Assembly (NCBI GenBank): GCA_015207155.1
Contig: JADEXK010000019.1
Span: forward strand, 18,438 to 50,437
Origin: Nostocales cyanobacterium LEGE 11386
GTDB taxonomy: Bacteria > Cyanobacteriota > Cyanobacteriia > Cyanobacteriales > Nostocaceae
Length of the DNA stretch: 32,000 bases
Direction: 5' to 3'
Within the stretch, counting starts at the first letter, position 1, and each line of letters starts with the position of its first letter. This document shows, piece by piece, positions 9,391 through 18,788 of the stretch. Made by a program: the position numbers and the translations under genes. Below the pieces are notes generated by a model. It had not been told where the DNA came from and ran no database searches. It worked only from the letters and a program-made list of their open reading frames with translations.

Positions 9391-9630
9391 TTTTCCCCAA
9401 CTACTACTGCCATAATTGTTGAGTAATTCAGGCAAAATATTAAGCAAAGTATAAAAACTGATTAAATTTAACTTTGTCTGTGGAAAAATCATTATTTCTT
9501 GGGGAAAACTTGATTAAGTATGATTACCCTGTGGAAAAAATAGGGGGTTTTTCCACAAGTTTTCCACAGCTATTAACCGACTCAACCATTCTTTCGCTTG
9601 ACTTGTGGCAAGTTTTCCACAGTTTCCACA
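9391..9630. promoter_or_regulatory. oriC candidate: DnaA-box cluster in the dnaA-dnaN intergenic region
   Basis: Exact TTTTCCACA boxes lie at 9549-9557, 9560-9568 and 9613-9621 on the + strand. Their complement TGTGGAAAA lies at 9479-9487 and 9530-9538. Near-boxes are GTTTCCACA (9622-9630), TTTTCCCCA (9391-9399), its complement at 9500-9508, and TTGTGGCAA (9603-9611). An AT-rich stretch follows at 9634-9666. Confidence 0.8.
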
Positions 9631-9689
9631 ATTCTGATAAATATCTATGATTTGATTAGTAAAAGCAACGTACCACTCCCCACTCCCCT

Positions 9690-10844
9690 ATGAAATTAGT
9701 TTGCGCCCAAAGCGATCTCAGTACAAATCTTTCACTCGTTAGCCGTGCAGTCCCGTCACGACCGACTCATCCGGTACTTGCCAATGTGCTGTTACAAGCA
9801 GATGCTCAAACTAACCAAGTTAGCTTAACTGCCTTTGATCTCAGCTTGGGTATCCGTACCAGCTTTCATGCTGAGGTATTAGAAGGAGGCGCGATCGCTC
9901 TGCCAGCTAAACTACTTTTAGATATCACCTCGCGGCTGCCAGAAGGCGAAGTCACTTTAGATGATGAATCAGCCGAAACATCCACCGGTGAAGGTCTCAT
10001 CGTTACCCTGACGCCAAAAAGTGGACATTATCAAGTCCGCGCCATGGAAGCTGAAGAGTTTCCCGAACTACCTATAATTGACAACACTGAACCCCTTAAT
10101 TTAACTACTACTGCCTTAATTGAAGGATTACGCGGTTCATTATTTGCTACCAGTGGTGATGAAACCAAGCAAGTACTAACGGGAGTACATTTAACAGTAA
10201 AACAAGACATCCTAGAATTTGCCGCTACCGACGGACATCGCCTCGCCGTAGTAGAAACCACTAACGAAAGCCCCCTTGGTGATCATGGTCAACTAGAAGT
10301 GACAGTCCCAGCTAGAGCCTTACGCGAACTACAACGAATGTTGGCTCATAATGCTGCCTCCGATGAAGCGATCGCTTTATATTTAGATCAAGGTCAAGTT
10401 GTGTTTGCCTGGCAAAATCAAAGATTGACGAGCCGCACCTTAGACGGGCAATATCCAGCTTATCGCCAACTCATTCCACGCCAATTTGAACGCCAAGTGA
10501 CAATTGAACGGCGACAATTTATCAGCACTTTGGAGCGAATAGCCGTGCTAGCTGACCAGAAAAATAATATTGTTAAAGTCAGTATTGACAGCGCTGCCCA
10601 GGAACTGACTTTATCGTGTGAAGCTCAAGATGTGGGTAGCGGTAGAGAATCTATACTTGCAAAAATATCTGGAGAAGATATAGAAATTGCTTTTAACATC
10701 AAGTATTTGATGGAAGGACTAAAAGAGTTACCATCTGCCGAAATTCAAATGAACCTCAATCAACCCCTGACTCCAGTGATTTTTACACCAGTGGGTGAAT
10801 TAAAAATGACTTATTTAGCTATGCCTGTACAACTCAGGAATTAG
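9690..10844 (+). CDS. dnaN: DNA polymerase III beta sliding clamp
   Basis: 384-aa ORF with a typical N-terminus (MKLVCAQSDLSTNLSLVSRAVPSRPTHPVLANVLL). It has the typical length and the typical position after dnaA. Confidence 0.97.
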   Translation: MKLVCAQSDLSTNLSLVSRAVPSRPTHPVLANVLLQADAQTNQVSLTAFDLSLGIRTSFHAEVLEGGAIALPAKLLLDITSRLPEGEVTLDDESAETSTGEGLIVTLTPKSGHYQVRAMEAEEFPELPIIDNTEPLNLTTTALIEGLRGSLFATSGDETKQVLTGVHLTVKQDILEFAATDGHRLAVVETTNESPLGDHGQLEVTVPARALRELQRMLAHNAASDEAIALYLDQGQVVFAWQNQRLTSRTLDGQYPAYRQLIPRQFERQVTIERRQFISTLERIAVLADQKNNIVKVSIDSAAQELTLSCEAQDVGSGRESILAKISGEDIEIAFNIKYLMEGLKELPSAEIQMNLNQPLTPVIFTPVGELKMTYLAMPVQLRN

Positions 10845-10852
10845 CAGGGTTT

Positions 10853-10901
10853 GTAGTAAGCACTTTAGTGCTGAGAAAATCAGGACTAAAGTCCTGACTA
10901 C
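10853..10901. repeat. Compound hairpin element between convergent genes; possible bidirectional terminator
   Basis: GTAGT...ACTAC encloses two hairpins, AGCAC-TTTA-GTGCT and CAGGAC-TAAA-GTCCTG. It lies between the dnaN stop (10844) and the stop of the photoreceptor kinase (10916). Confidence 0.5.
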
Positions 10902-10915
10902 GAACTTGCTTAACA

Positions 10916-13900
10916 TCAATTTAAACTTGACAGACTAAGAGGGGAAATCGGGATTTCAATCCAGAATTCTGTACCTGAACCTGGTTGAGAATTACATTTA
11001 AAAAGACCGTGGTGCTTCTCCACCACAATTTGATAACTAATTGATAACCCTAAACCAGTACCTTTGCCTACAGGTTTGGTAGTGAAAAATGGGTCAAAAA
11101 CTCTTTTTTTGACAACTTCGGGTATACCACTTCCATTGTCGGCAATGCGAATAATGACACTTTTAACTTTGTTATTCAATTCACCAATACTAGTATGAAT
11201 GGTAATTTGATGAAGATGAGTTGCTGATTGCGACTCCCGTTGATTTTCTATCGCATCGATCGCATTGCTCAAAACATTCATAAATACTTGATTCATTTGT
11301 CCGGCATAGCACTCTACCAACGGTAAATCAGCGTATTCTTTGACTACGTGAATACCGGGACTATCGGGTTGGGCCTTCAAACGATGCTGTAAAATCAGCA
11401 AGGTACTATCAATACCCTCGTGAATATTCACAGCTTTCATTTCCGCTTCATCCAGACGCGAGAAATTGCGTAAAGACATAACAATCTGCCGGATGCGATC
11501 AACCCCAATCTTCATAGAAGATAAAGTTTTAGGCAAATCTTCGGTCACAAATTCTAAGTCCATCTCTTCCGCCCGCTCAATAATTTCTAGACTCGGATGA
11601 GGACAATGCTGCTGATAAAGAGCTACCATACTCGCTAAATCCTCAGCATATTCACTTACATGGGCTAGGTTGCCATAAATAAAATTCACTGGGTTGTTGA
11701 TTTCGTGAGCAACACCTGCAACCAGTTGACCCAAACTAGACATTTTCTCGGTCTGGATCAGTTGGGTTTGAGTTTGTTGTAAATTTTGCATAGCTTGTAC
11801 TAGCTGATCTGCCTGTTCCTTGCTCTGCTTTAGCAGCTCGGCTTGTTGCAGTGCTACCCCCAACTGATTGGCAATTTGAGCAATGAACTTAATTTCTGCG
11901 GCTTCCCAGTAGCGGGGTGTAGAGTTTTGATAAGCCGCCAACAAACCCCAAAGTTTTTGCCCAATAAAAATTGGCGCGATCGCATAAGCTTTTACCTGAC
12001 ATTTCTCCAGAAATGCAACATGACATTCAGAGTGACCAGCCTGATATATGTCATTTACGGCAAAGGTTTGATTGTGGCGATATCGCCCACCTTGAGTTTC
12101 CTGTAAATAAGAATCTTGCCAAACTGTATTGACATCTAACCCTACTAACTTCACCCAGCCGTCAACGACAAACTCAGCGACAAACTCACCACTCCAATCT
12201 GGGTGAAAGCGATAAACAGCCACGCGATCTGCTTGCAGAGATTTACAAATTTCCTGAGTAGTAGTTTGAAAAATAGCATTTAAATCTAGAGATTCCCTAA
12301 TTTTTGCCACAACTTCAAACAATACCCGTTGTCGTTCTGCCGACTGGCGCAAATTTAATGCTTGCTGCTGTGTTTGTGCAAGTAGTTCAGCTTGTTGGAG
12401 TGCTACCCCAAGTTGGGCTGCAACTTGACTCAAAAAGTTAACTTCAGAGGTTTGCCACTGGCGGCTACCAGAGTGTTGATAAGTTGCCAGCAAGCCCCAA
12501 AGTCTCTGCCCCACAAAAATAGGAGCCAGCACAAAAGCATGAATATGAAACTCTTCTAGATTCTCGATATGACACTGTGTGAACCCCATTTTGTAGATGT
12601 CGTCTACTGCAAATGTTTCGTTGTAGCGGTAGCGTCCTCCTTCTGAATCTTGTAAGTAAGTGTCATTCCAAACCAAATTAATTCCTAGTTTGGACTCATT
12701 TAACCAGTATGGGCTTGCAGCCTCAAAATCGCCGACAAATTCACCACCCCAATCAGCACTGAAGCGATAAATGGAAACCCGATCAGCTTTAATTAATTGA
12801 CAAACTTCTTTGGTAGTGATTTGAAAAATGGTATTCGTGTCTAAAGATTCCCGAATTTTGGCAATCACCCCAAATACAGCTTGTTGTTGTTCAGATGTCC
12901 GTTGCAGTTCAAGTGTGCGTTTTTTCACTTGATGTTCTAAGTTGGCATTAAAGGATTGCACCTGCTGGTATAGTTCATATTGCTGAATGGCTGATGCAAA
13001 ATGGTTGCCGATTTCTCTAGCCAGTTCAATCTCTGCAACCGTCCATTTTTGAGCTTGTGCTTTTTTAGATTCCCGCCACACTTCAAACGATAAACGGGGA
13101 TATACTTGCCTTTGGTCAAAGTCAAATTGACCTGCCCACAAAGTTTCTGTATCTATTTCGTTGCGGAAAATACTTAAATAGCCCACTAATTGCTGACGAT
13201 ACTCGAGTGGGATCATCAAGATACTGCGAATTTTAGTTGGTTGGAAGGCAGCTTGTAAACTTCGCAGTTCTGGAGTTTGGTATATGTCGGAAATTGCCCA
13301 AACCTCATAGTCGTGAGACTTGTAATGTTCCTGCCAGACGTTATATTGCTCCATCAGTGGATATATATTTTGTGCTGGCATTACAGGCTGCTGTCCGCAG
13401 GTATAAACCTGGACACAATCGCTCCCTGGTATCAAACATTCTGTTAGGCTTGTAACTTTGCCATGATGGAAATCAAAAGCTTCATTTCTGAGGCAAAGCC
13501 TGCCACCACAACCATCAAAGGCGGCAACAGCTGCTTCTAAAGCTGGCTGTAAGACAATTGTTGGCAGTGAATGCAGCAGGGCAGAAATCCGGTTAATAAT
13601 AGTTTCTCGTTGTGCTTGTTCACGAGCTTGAGTTAACAGGGTACTTTGCGCGATCGCGATCGACAACTGATCTACTACCATCTGCACCGCTTCTAATTCA
13701 TATTCTGAAATCGCACGTGATTCAGAATTGTGAGATACTAACAAACCCCAAAGTTCATTTTGATAGAAAATAGGCGCTACTAAAGAAGATTTAACCCCCA
13801 TTGCCGTTAAATATTCCACATGGCACGGGTCTACAGGGCGATACCGGATATCCTCTGATAATATTTCTCCATTTTCCAACTCGTGCAGAGGACTTTGACC

Positions 13901-14236
13901 AATTTGCTGCGTTTCCACATTGACAACAGAGCGCACCCTTGATTTAATAAATAATTCGCGGGCGTGGGGTGGAATGTCATCAGCTGGAAAATTTAGCCCC
14001 AGCAATGATGGTAATCGGTTCTCATGAATCGACTCACCTATAACTTGGCCACTACCATCGGCATGAAATTGATAAATCATTACTCGGTCAGTTCCTAATA
14101 ATGAACAGACTTCTGCCGTCGTTGCCGTGATAATTTCTTCTAGTTCTAATGTTTGACGGATACGATTTGTAATGCGGCGCAGTACACTTTCTTGGTTAAT
14201 ACTTTCCCGCAAATTTGATTTAGCGATCGGTGACAT
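10916..14236 (-). CDS. Knotless phytochrome / cyanobacteriochrome hybrid histidine kinase: bilin GAF, PHY, two CBCR-type GAFs, HisKA, HATPase
   Basis: 1106-aa ORF. GAF1 has the DIP motif [13 protein letters not shown] and VDPC138HVEYL. The second domain carries the PHY-tongue motifs W367AG, P380RLSF and W387RE. GAF3 reads [16 protein letters not shown]...FTQC555HIENL. GAF4 reads [16 protein letters not shown]...HSEC738HVAFL. HisKA is GVAH844EINNP, and the ATPase has N, G1 and G2 boxes (NAIDAI, DNGSGI, GTGLGLS). Confidence 0.9.
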   Translation of the reverse strand: MSPIAKSNLRESINQESVLRRITNRIRQTLELEEIITATTAEVCSLLGTDRVMIYQFHADGSGQVIGESIHENRLPSLLGLNFPADDIPPHARELFIKSRVRSVVNVETQQIGQSPLHELENGEILSEDIRYRPVDPCHVEYLTAMGVKSSLVAPIFYQNELWGLLVSHNSESRAISEYELEAVQMVVDQLSIAIAQSTLLTQAREQAQRETIINRISALLHSLPTIVLQPALEAAVAAFDGCGGRLCLRNEAFDFHHGKVTSLTECLIPGSDCVQVYTCGQQPVMPAQNIYPLMEQYNVWQEHYKSHDYEVWAISDIYQTPELRSLQAAFQPTKIRSILMIPLEYRQQLVGYLSIFRNEIDTETLWAGQFDFDQRQVYPRLSFEVWRESKKAQAQKWTVAEIELAREIGNHFASAIQQYELYQQVQSFNANLEHQVKKRTLELQRTSEQQQAVFGVIAKIRESLDTNTIFQITTKEVCQLIKADRVSIYRFSADWGGEFVGDFEAASPYWLNESKLGINLVWNDTYLQDSEGGRYRYNETFAVDDIYKMGFTQCHIENLEEFHIHAFVLAPIFVGQRLWGLLATYQHSGSRQWQTSEVNFLSQVAAQLGVALQQAELLAQTQQQALNLRQSAERQRVLFEVVAKIRESLDLNAIFQTTTQEICKSLQADRVAVYRFHPDWSGEFVAEFVVDGWVKLVGLDVNTVWQDSYLQETQGGRYRHNQTFAVNDIYQAGHSECHVAFLEKCQVKAYAIAPIFIGQKLWGLLAAYQNSTPRYWEAAEIKFIAQIANQLGVALQQAELLKQSKEQADQLVQAMQNLQQTQTQLIQTEKMSSLGQLVAGVAHEINNPVNFIYGNLAHVSEYAEDLASMVALYQQHCPHPSLEIIERAEEMDLEFVTEDLPKTLSSMKIGVDRIRQIVMSLRNFSRLDEAEMKAVNIHEGIDSTLLILQHRLKAQPDSPGIHVVKEYADLPLVECYAGQMNQVFMNVLSNAIDAIENQRESQSATHLHQITIHTSIGELNNKVKSVIIRIADNGSGIPEVVKKRVFDPFFTTKPVGKGTGLGLSISYQIVVEKHHGLFKCNSQPGSGTEFWIEIPISPLSLSSLN

Positions 14237-14559
14237 TGCTTTTAATTAAATAAGTTTCCAAAAAATTAATAATGAGACAACCATAAATCTAAAAACATTC
14301 TGGAATTTATTTAATAGCTTTGTCCACAGTGTAACTACGGGCAAAATAATTATAATAAGATTTATTTTTTAATAAAAGCTTACATTTTAAAGTAAAAAAT
14401 AAGTTATTGCTAAGAGAAAGTATTTTTTTGATAAATTCTTGTCTGAAATATAAAAACCCAATTAACACATCAGGAGATAATTAAAGTCAAAAGTAGAGAT
14501 TTTCTGCTTGCCTAGTCTCCACTTTTGACTATTTATTTTTGTGGAACCTATCAGCAAAA

Positions 14560-15747
14560 TTAAACTTTTACATTGTCAGTAAAGCGAATTTTTAGATAGT
14601 CTTCTTCCATCTTTGCTCCCCCTGGTTGTAGTGCTGCCAAGGCTTGTGGCAATACTAAATTACGGCGGTGGTTGCCAATAGTGATATTTAATTCGTCACC
14701 AGTTTTACTCAGTTGAATTTGGTTTTTGGGAATTCCAGGTAAGTAAATTTCCAAACTATATTGGTTTTGCACCTGCACAACTCTAATAGTTGTTTCTTTG
14801 TAATATACCTGAGTTGGGTCTTCATCTTTGTAGAGAGTTTCTTTCAGACGTTCTAAGGCAGCTAAACCGCACATCTCCTCAGAAAAAAGCGGCACTTCTT
14901 TTACAGGCAGAGGCAGAAAGTTGTCATGTATTTCTTGCCGATATTGCTGCTGGCTTTCCTTCCACCGTTGGAAAAAGGGGTCTTGTACTTCTTGAGGAAT
15001 AATGCGATTAGCTATCACTAAGTCTGTTGCCACATTATATAAACTCAGATAAGCATGGGCGCGGAGAGATTCTTTAATCACCATCTTTTCTGGATTAGTG
15101 ACGAGGCGCACTGAGGTTTGAGTATTATCGGTTAATACTTTTTCCAGAGCTTCAATTTGCTCATAAAACTCGTAAGGTGCATCCATCACCTCTTTATCTG
15201 GTAGAGAAAAACCGGCAATTGGTTTAAAAAAAGGTTCAACCAAAGGTCGAAGTGCTACCGAAATATTTTGAAATGGCTTGTAAAAACGCCGCATGTACCA
15301 GCCACCGACTTCTGGTAAACTCAACAGGCGTAATGCTGTGCCGGTAGGTGCTGAGTCGATAATCAAAACATCAAATTCGCCTTCGTCGTAATGGCGTTTC
15401 ATTCTTACCAAGCCAAAAATTTCATCCATGCCTGGTAAGATGGCTAATTCTTCTGCTTGAACTCCTTCTAAACCCCTTGCTTGTAAAACTTGGGTGATGT
15501 AACGCTTCACAGCACCCCAATTTCCCTCTAGTTCTTGCAGTGCATCAAGTTCTGCACCCCACAAATTGGAGCGGATTTCTTGCGGTGCGTGTCCCATTTC
15601 TAAGTCAAAACTGTCTGCCAAAGAGTGCGCGGGGTCTGTACTCAAAACAAGTGTGCGGTACCCTAGTTCTGCACAACGGAGTCCAGTGGCGGCAGCAACG
15701 GAGGTTTTGCCTACGCCGCCTTTGCCTGTCATCAAAATTACACGCAT
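14560..15747 (-). CDS. ArsA/Get3(TRC40)-family ATPase with a C-terminal HSP20-like domain
   Basis: 395-aa ORF with the deviant Walker [10 protein letters not shown], the ArsA signature-like [12 protein letters not shown], and a C-terminal beta-rich segment ([38 protein letters not shown]). Confidence 0.88.
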   Translation of the reverse strand: MRVILMTGKGGVGKTSVAAATGLRCAELGYRTLVLSTDPAHSLADSFDLEMGHAPQEIRSNLWGAELDALQELEGNWGAVKRYITQVLQARGLEGVQAEELAILPGMDEIFGLVRMKRHYDEGEFDVLIIDSAPTGTALRLLSLPEVGGWYMRRFYKPFQNISVALRPLVEPFFKPIAGFSLPDKEVMDAPYEFYEQIEALEKVLTDNTQTSVRLVTNPEKMVIKESLRAHAYLSLYNVATDLVIANRIIPQEVQDPFFQRWKESQQQYRQEIHDNFLPLPVKEVPLFSEEMCGLAALERLKETLYKDEDPTQVYYKETTIRVVQVQNQYSLEIYLPGIPKNQIQLSKTGDELNITIGNHRRNLVLPQALAALQPGGAKMEEDYLKIRFTDNVKV

Positions 15748-15865
15748 GGATGATTACGTCCTGTCTCAGGATTATTTACATTTATTTACATTATCAACTG
15801 TTTAAAGAAAATAAATGCTGTTTTAGCACATCTAGTGGACTGATACGACTAAATTGATGCATGAT

Positions 15866-15927
15866 GATTGTCTTGTGGAACAGACATCTTGCCTGTTCTG
15901 GGCGGGCAAGATGCCCACCCCACAATC
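15866..15927. repeat. Imperfect long hairpin repeat (GGCGGGCAAGATGCCCACCCCACAA family)
   Basis: GATTGTCTTGTGGAACAGACATCTTGCC ... GGCGGGCAAGATGCCCACCCCACAATC forms an imperfect inverted repeat. A related half-site, TTGTAGGGCGGGCATCTTGCCTGCC, occurs right after alaS at 27491-27515. Confidence 0.6.
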
Positions 15928-15980
15928 ATTTGTTTATGCCCCAAATTAGCCTTGCCACGCCACTAGCTTCTGCTATTTCA

Positions 15981-16361
15981 CTAAAAAGAGAAAAAATGTT
16001 GTTTTAACACGTCTAACCGTGAACAGTGCCAATAATCGATGTGGGAAATAATTAAATTAGATGAATTAATCTTTAATTCACTCCAGCCAGAAATAGAAAT
16101 CCGTGGTTTCCAAGGTAGGGGAGTATTCCAGCTAAGTGTCCATTCAGTTTTGATGCTGTCTCCTAGATGTTGAATATCATGTACATCCATTCGAGGATTG
16201 ACAAACCAAGTTTGGATGAAATCAATCATCTGCTTATAGCGTTCAACACCACGAAATTTATTTAATGGGTCTTGAAAATAAACATCTTCAGCGTAAATAC
16301 TGTAAGTTTGATTGCTGGGAAATCTTTGATAGTCTGCCTTAAGGATGTCAATAATATGCAT
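15981..16361 (-). CDS. Conserved small protein, probably DUF2358 / NTF2(SnoaL)-like
   Basis: 126-aa ORF. The family call rests only on my recollection of similar cyanobacterial and plant proteins (YFQDPLNKFRGVERYK...W..PW.PRISISGWSEL). No catalytic motif was checked. Confidence 0.6.
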   Translation of the reverse strand: MHIIDILKADYQRFPSNQTYSIYAEDVYFQDPLNKFRGVERYKQMIDFIQTWFVNPRMDVHDIQHLGDSIKTEWTLSWNTPLPWKPRISISGWSELKINSSNLIISHIDYWHCSRLDVLKQHFFSF

Positions 16362-16407
16362 TTGTGTAAATTAGTTTGATATGTAAACAAGGTGAGCAGA
16401 TTAATTT

Positions 16408-16986
16408 CTATTGAACATTAATATCTACCTCATTCCATAGCCGTTCTAACTGACGTTGCCAAGCAGCTAATACTTCTTCTCGCGCTTCTGAAGTTTGGTT
16501 GATTTCACCCATCAATCCTTCTGCATAAAACCGTTCTAGGCTTTGCATGGTAGCCTGGAGTGATTGCCCTTGCTGTTTTGCTGTCTGGATAATTTGCCGA
16601 ATCCGACTTTCAATTAGTCGATTGAAGACATTATCTAAACCTGCTGCGTGTAAAGATACAAGTCGAGCGATCGCACTGGTAAAATCTGCACTTACTAAAG
16701 TGCCACAATTGTGTTGATACACTGCCCAAACTACACCATCATATAGAGCATAGCGGACTTCTTGTGTGTCATCAAAGTTAGCTTCTAAAAACTGTGCTAA
16801 AAAAGGTTGAGCTTCTTGCATTGGCACAATTGGCAATAGAACTCGTATCCAAGTATGATCCTCAGAAAGCAGTACTAATAACCGAAAAGTAGAGGTATCA
16901 ACTTGCCATGAGCCAGGAGCGATCGCCTTTACTTCTGTAGTTCCAAATAATTTTGTGAGCGTCCCCGCAATTTCTTCAGGTGTCAT
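16408..16986 (-). CDS. Conserved hypothetical protein, possibly YbjN/secretion-chaperone-like fold
   Basis: 192-aa ORF with coding-like composition and no overlapping competitor. The fold suggestion is weak and rests on pattern only. Confidence 0.6.
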   Translation of the reverse strand: MTPEEIAGTLTKLFGTTEVKAIAPGSWQVDTSTFRLLVLLSEDHTWIRVLLPIVPMQEAQPFLAQFLEANFDDTQEVRYALYDGVVWAVYQHNCGTLVSADFTSAIARLVSLHAAGLDNVFNRLIESRIRQIIQTAKQQGQSLQATMQSLERFYAEGLMGEINQTSEAREEVLAAWQRQLERLWNEVDINVQ

Positions 16987-17021
16987 AGTCTTTTGTGAGC
17001 GTCTAGCTTTAGCGTAACGCT

Positions 17022-17270
17022 TTAAAGTTCACCAGGTGTATTGGCTGATGCTTGAGATTGCTGTGCTACTTGCTGGACTACTTCCAAAGGTAAATCTAAC
17101 AATTGAGCGATCGCCTCCCAGCTCAAACCAAACTGGATCATTCGCGGTATTGCTTCTAACTTGCCTTGCTGCTTACCTGCCTCTAAGCCTGCTTCTAGTC
17201 CTTGCTGTTTACCTTCTGCTAGGGCTTCCTGATAAACTTTGCTTTGTTTCAACTCATTTAAACCTAACAT
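17022..17270 (-). CDS. Small protein resembling the C-terminal tail (DUF4351/DUF2887-like) of Rpn/YhgA-type PD-(D/E)XK putative transposases; possibly a gene remnant
   Basis: 82-aa ORF, LKQSKVYQEALAEGKQQGLEAGLEAGKQQGKLEAIPRMIQFGLSWEAIAQLLDLPLEVVQQ. This is the typical tail motif of those proteins. No nuclease domain is encoded upstream on the minus strand (17271-17457). Confidence 0.45.
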   Translation of the reverse strand: MLGLNELKQSKVYQEALAEGKQQGLEAGLEAGKQQGKLEAIPRMIQFGLSWEAIAQLLDLPLEVVQQVAQQSQASANTPGEL

Positions 17271-17457
17271 TGCTTCAATCTCCTCGCGGCTCTTTTGCGG
17301 TAATTTGTTTCACTGTTATGGAGGAATTGCACTTTAGGCTGCTCAGTTTAGCTTACCGTGTCAATGGTGATTCATCTTTTGCCACTACCAATGATGACTG
17401 GGGAAAATCTTGCGGTAAAATCTCTCAATGGCATCTTGTGCAGATAACGTATAAAAC

Positions 17458-18042
17458 ATGACTAAACTACTTGTGGTAGCCACAGGAAATCCAGGTAAGC
17501 TGCGGGAAATGCAAGCTTACTTAGCAAATTCTGGTTGGGAATTAACCCTCAAACCTGAAGAATTAGAAATTGAGGAGACAGGCGACACCTTTGCAGAAAA
17601 TGCTTGTCTCAAAGCCTCTGAGGTTGCTCAAGCCACAGGACAATGGGCGATCGCTGATGACTCTGGCTTGCAAGTAGATGCTCTCAATGGCGCACCAGGA
17701 GTATATTCGGCGCGTTATGGCACAACCGATGCCGAACGCATTGCTAGGCTATTAAGGGAATTAGATCACAAAACTAATCGGCAAGCACAATTTGTTTGTG
17801 TAATCGCGATCGCTCGTCCCGATGGTACGATTGTTCTCCAATCGGAAGGTATTTGTCGCGGTGAAATTCTCCATGTACCCCGTGGCGCAGGCGGTTTCGG
17901 CTACGATCCAGTTTTTTACGTTCCCGAACAGCAATTGACCTTTGCAGAGATGACAAAGGAGTTGAAAGGGTCAATAAGTCATCGAGGTCAGGCGTTGCAA
18001 GCTTTAATTCCTCAATTGAAAACTATTTTGCATCAAGAATAA
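17458..18042 (+). CDS. rdgB: Non-canonical purine NTP pyrophosphatase (RdgB/HAM1 family)
   Basis: 194-aa ORF with the ATGNPGKLREM, FGYDPVF and SHRG motifs of the Ham1/RdgB family. Confidence 0.9.
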   Translation: MTKLLVVATGNPGKLREMQAYLANSGWELTLKPEELEIEETGDTFAENACLKASEVAQATGQWAIADDSGLQVDALNGAPGVYSARYGTTDAERIARLLRELDHKTNRQAQFVCVIAIARPDGTIVLQSEGICRGEILHVPRGAGGFGYDPVFYVPEQQLTFAEMTKELKGSISHRGQALQALIPQLKTILHQE

Positions 18043-18279
18043 GTTATGAGGAGGAAGATAATTTTTGATTGCTGTTGTATGAGATAAAAGGATATTTAAG
18101 GTAACAAGCATAATTTTATAAATATGCTCTAACTAAATAGTGTGAATTTTGTAAAAATCAAACTCTAACGAAAGATTTTGACTAATCTAACTTGAGTTGG
18201 AGCACTACCCTTTTGGGATTAATCACAATATGATGACAACTTTTGATAGTGAGGCGTGGCGTTAGCCATAGGTAATTAT

Positions 18280-18540
18280 ATGAAGCCTTTAGCAATCGCA
18301 ACTTTAGCGGTAATTTTTGGCAGTTTTCCATTTACTGGATTAAGTTCAATCTCCAAGGTTATAGCCCAAGAAACAGAGACCCCATCTCCTATAGAAGCTC
18401 CTACAGATTCTGGTGTTAATCAGAAGATTGACATTCAAGTAGACAATGAAAACGAAATTGAAATTGAAGTAGAATCTCAACAAAATCCCTTACCTCAACC
18501 AGCTCCTGAAACTGAAAATAATTCTGATATGTCTGATTAA
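18280..18540 (+). CDS. Small secreted acidic protein
   Basis: The track ORF starts at GTG 18256, but ATG 18280 gives a classic signal peptide (MKPLAIATLAVIFGSFPFTGLSSISKVIAQE). An acidic repetitive tail (DNENEIEIEVESQQ) follows. Confidence 0.5.
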   Translation: MKPLAIATLAVIFGSFPFTGLSSISKVIAQETETPSPIEAPTDSGVNQKIDIQVDNENEIEIEVESQQNPLPQPAPETENNSDMSD

Positions 18541-18788
18541 ATCTTTCTCAGGAAATGGTGGCTTGTAATATCTGGACATTGCCTCCTGAGTTTTTACAGT
18601 ATTGACATGAATTAACCCTTTCAAGGTGTAATTTATTTTTCTTGGTGTCTTAGTGGTTAAACAATGACTTTTGCAACACAAAGGCACAAAGATGGAGGTT
18701 TTGCCGATTTTACTGGCGATCGCCACCTCAGGAATATCAATCATAGATAACCAAGCCACCGAAATCAAGATTATCAGAGGACACTGAA

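Noticed and set aside
10031-10261. 76-aa ORF antisense in dnaN. The same applies to the antisense ORFs within the phytochrome kinase, ArsA, HEXXH-protein and alaS genes (11843-12106, 12937-13125, 13237-13455, 14790-15002, 15540-15857, 21766-22023, 24789-25155, 25229-25411, 26081-26774, 27156-27446).
   Set aside because: Each lies within a strongly supported gene on the opposite strand or in another frame, and none has recognisable motifs.
17036-17461. 141-aa plus-strand ORF
   Set aside because: It has a Leu-rich, low-complexity translation antisense to the 82-aa ORF and runs through intergenic DNA up to the rdgB start. It has no support.
18490-18768. 92-aa minus-strand ORF
   Set aside because: It overlaps the 3' end of the secreted-protein ORF and lies in the promoter region of the CrtI-family gene. 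It has no motifs and odd composition.
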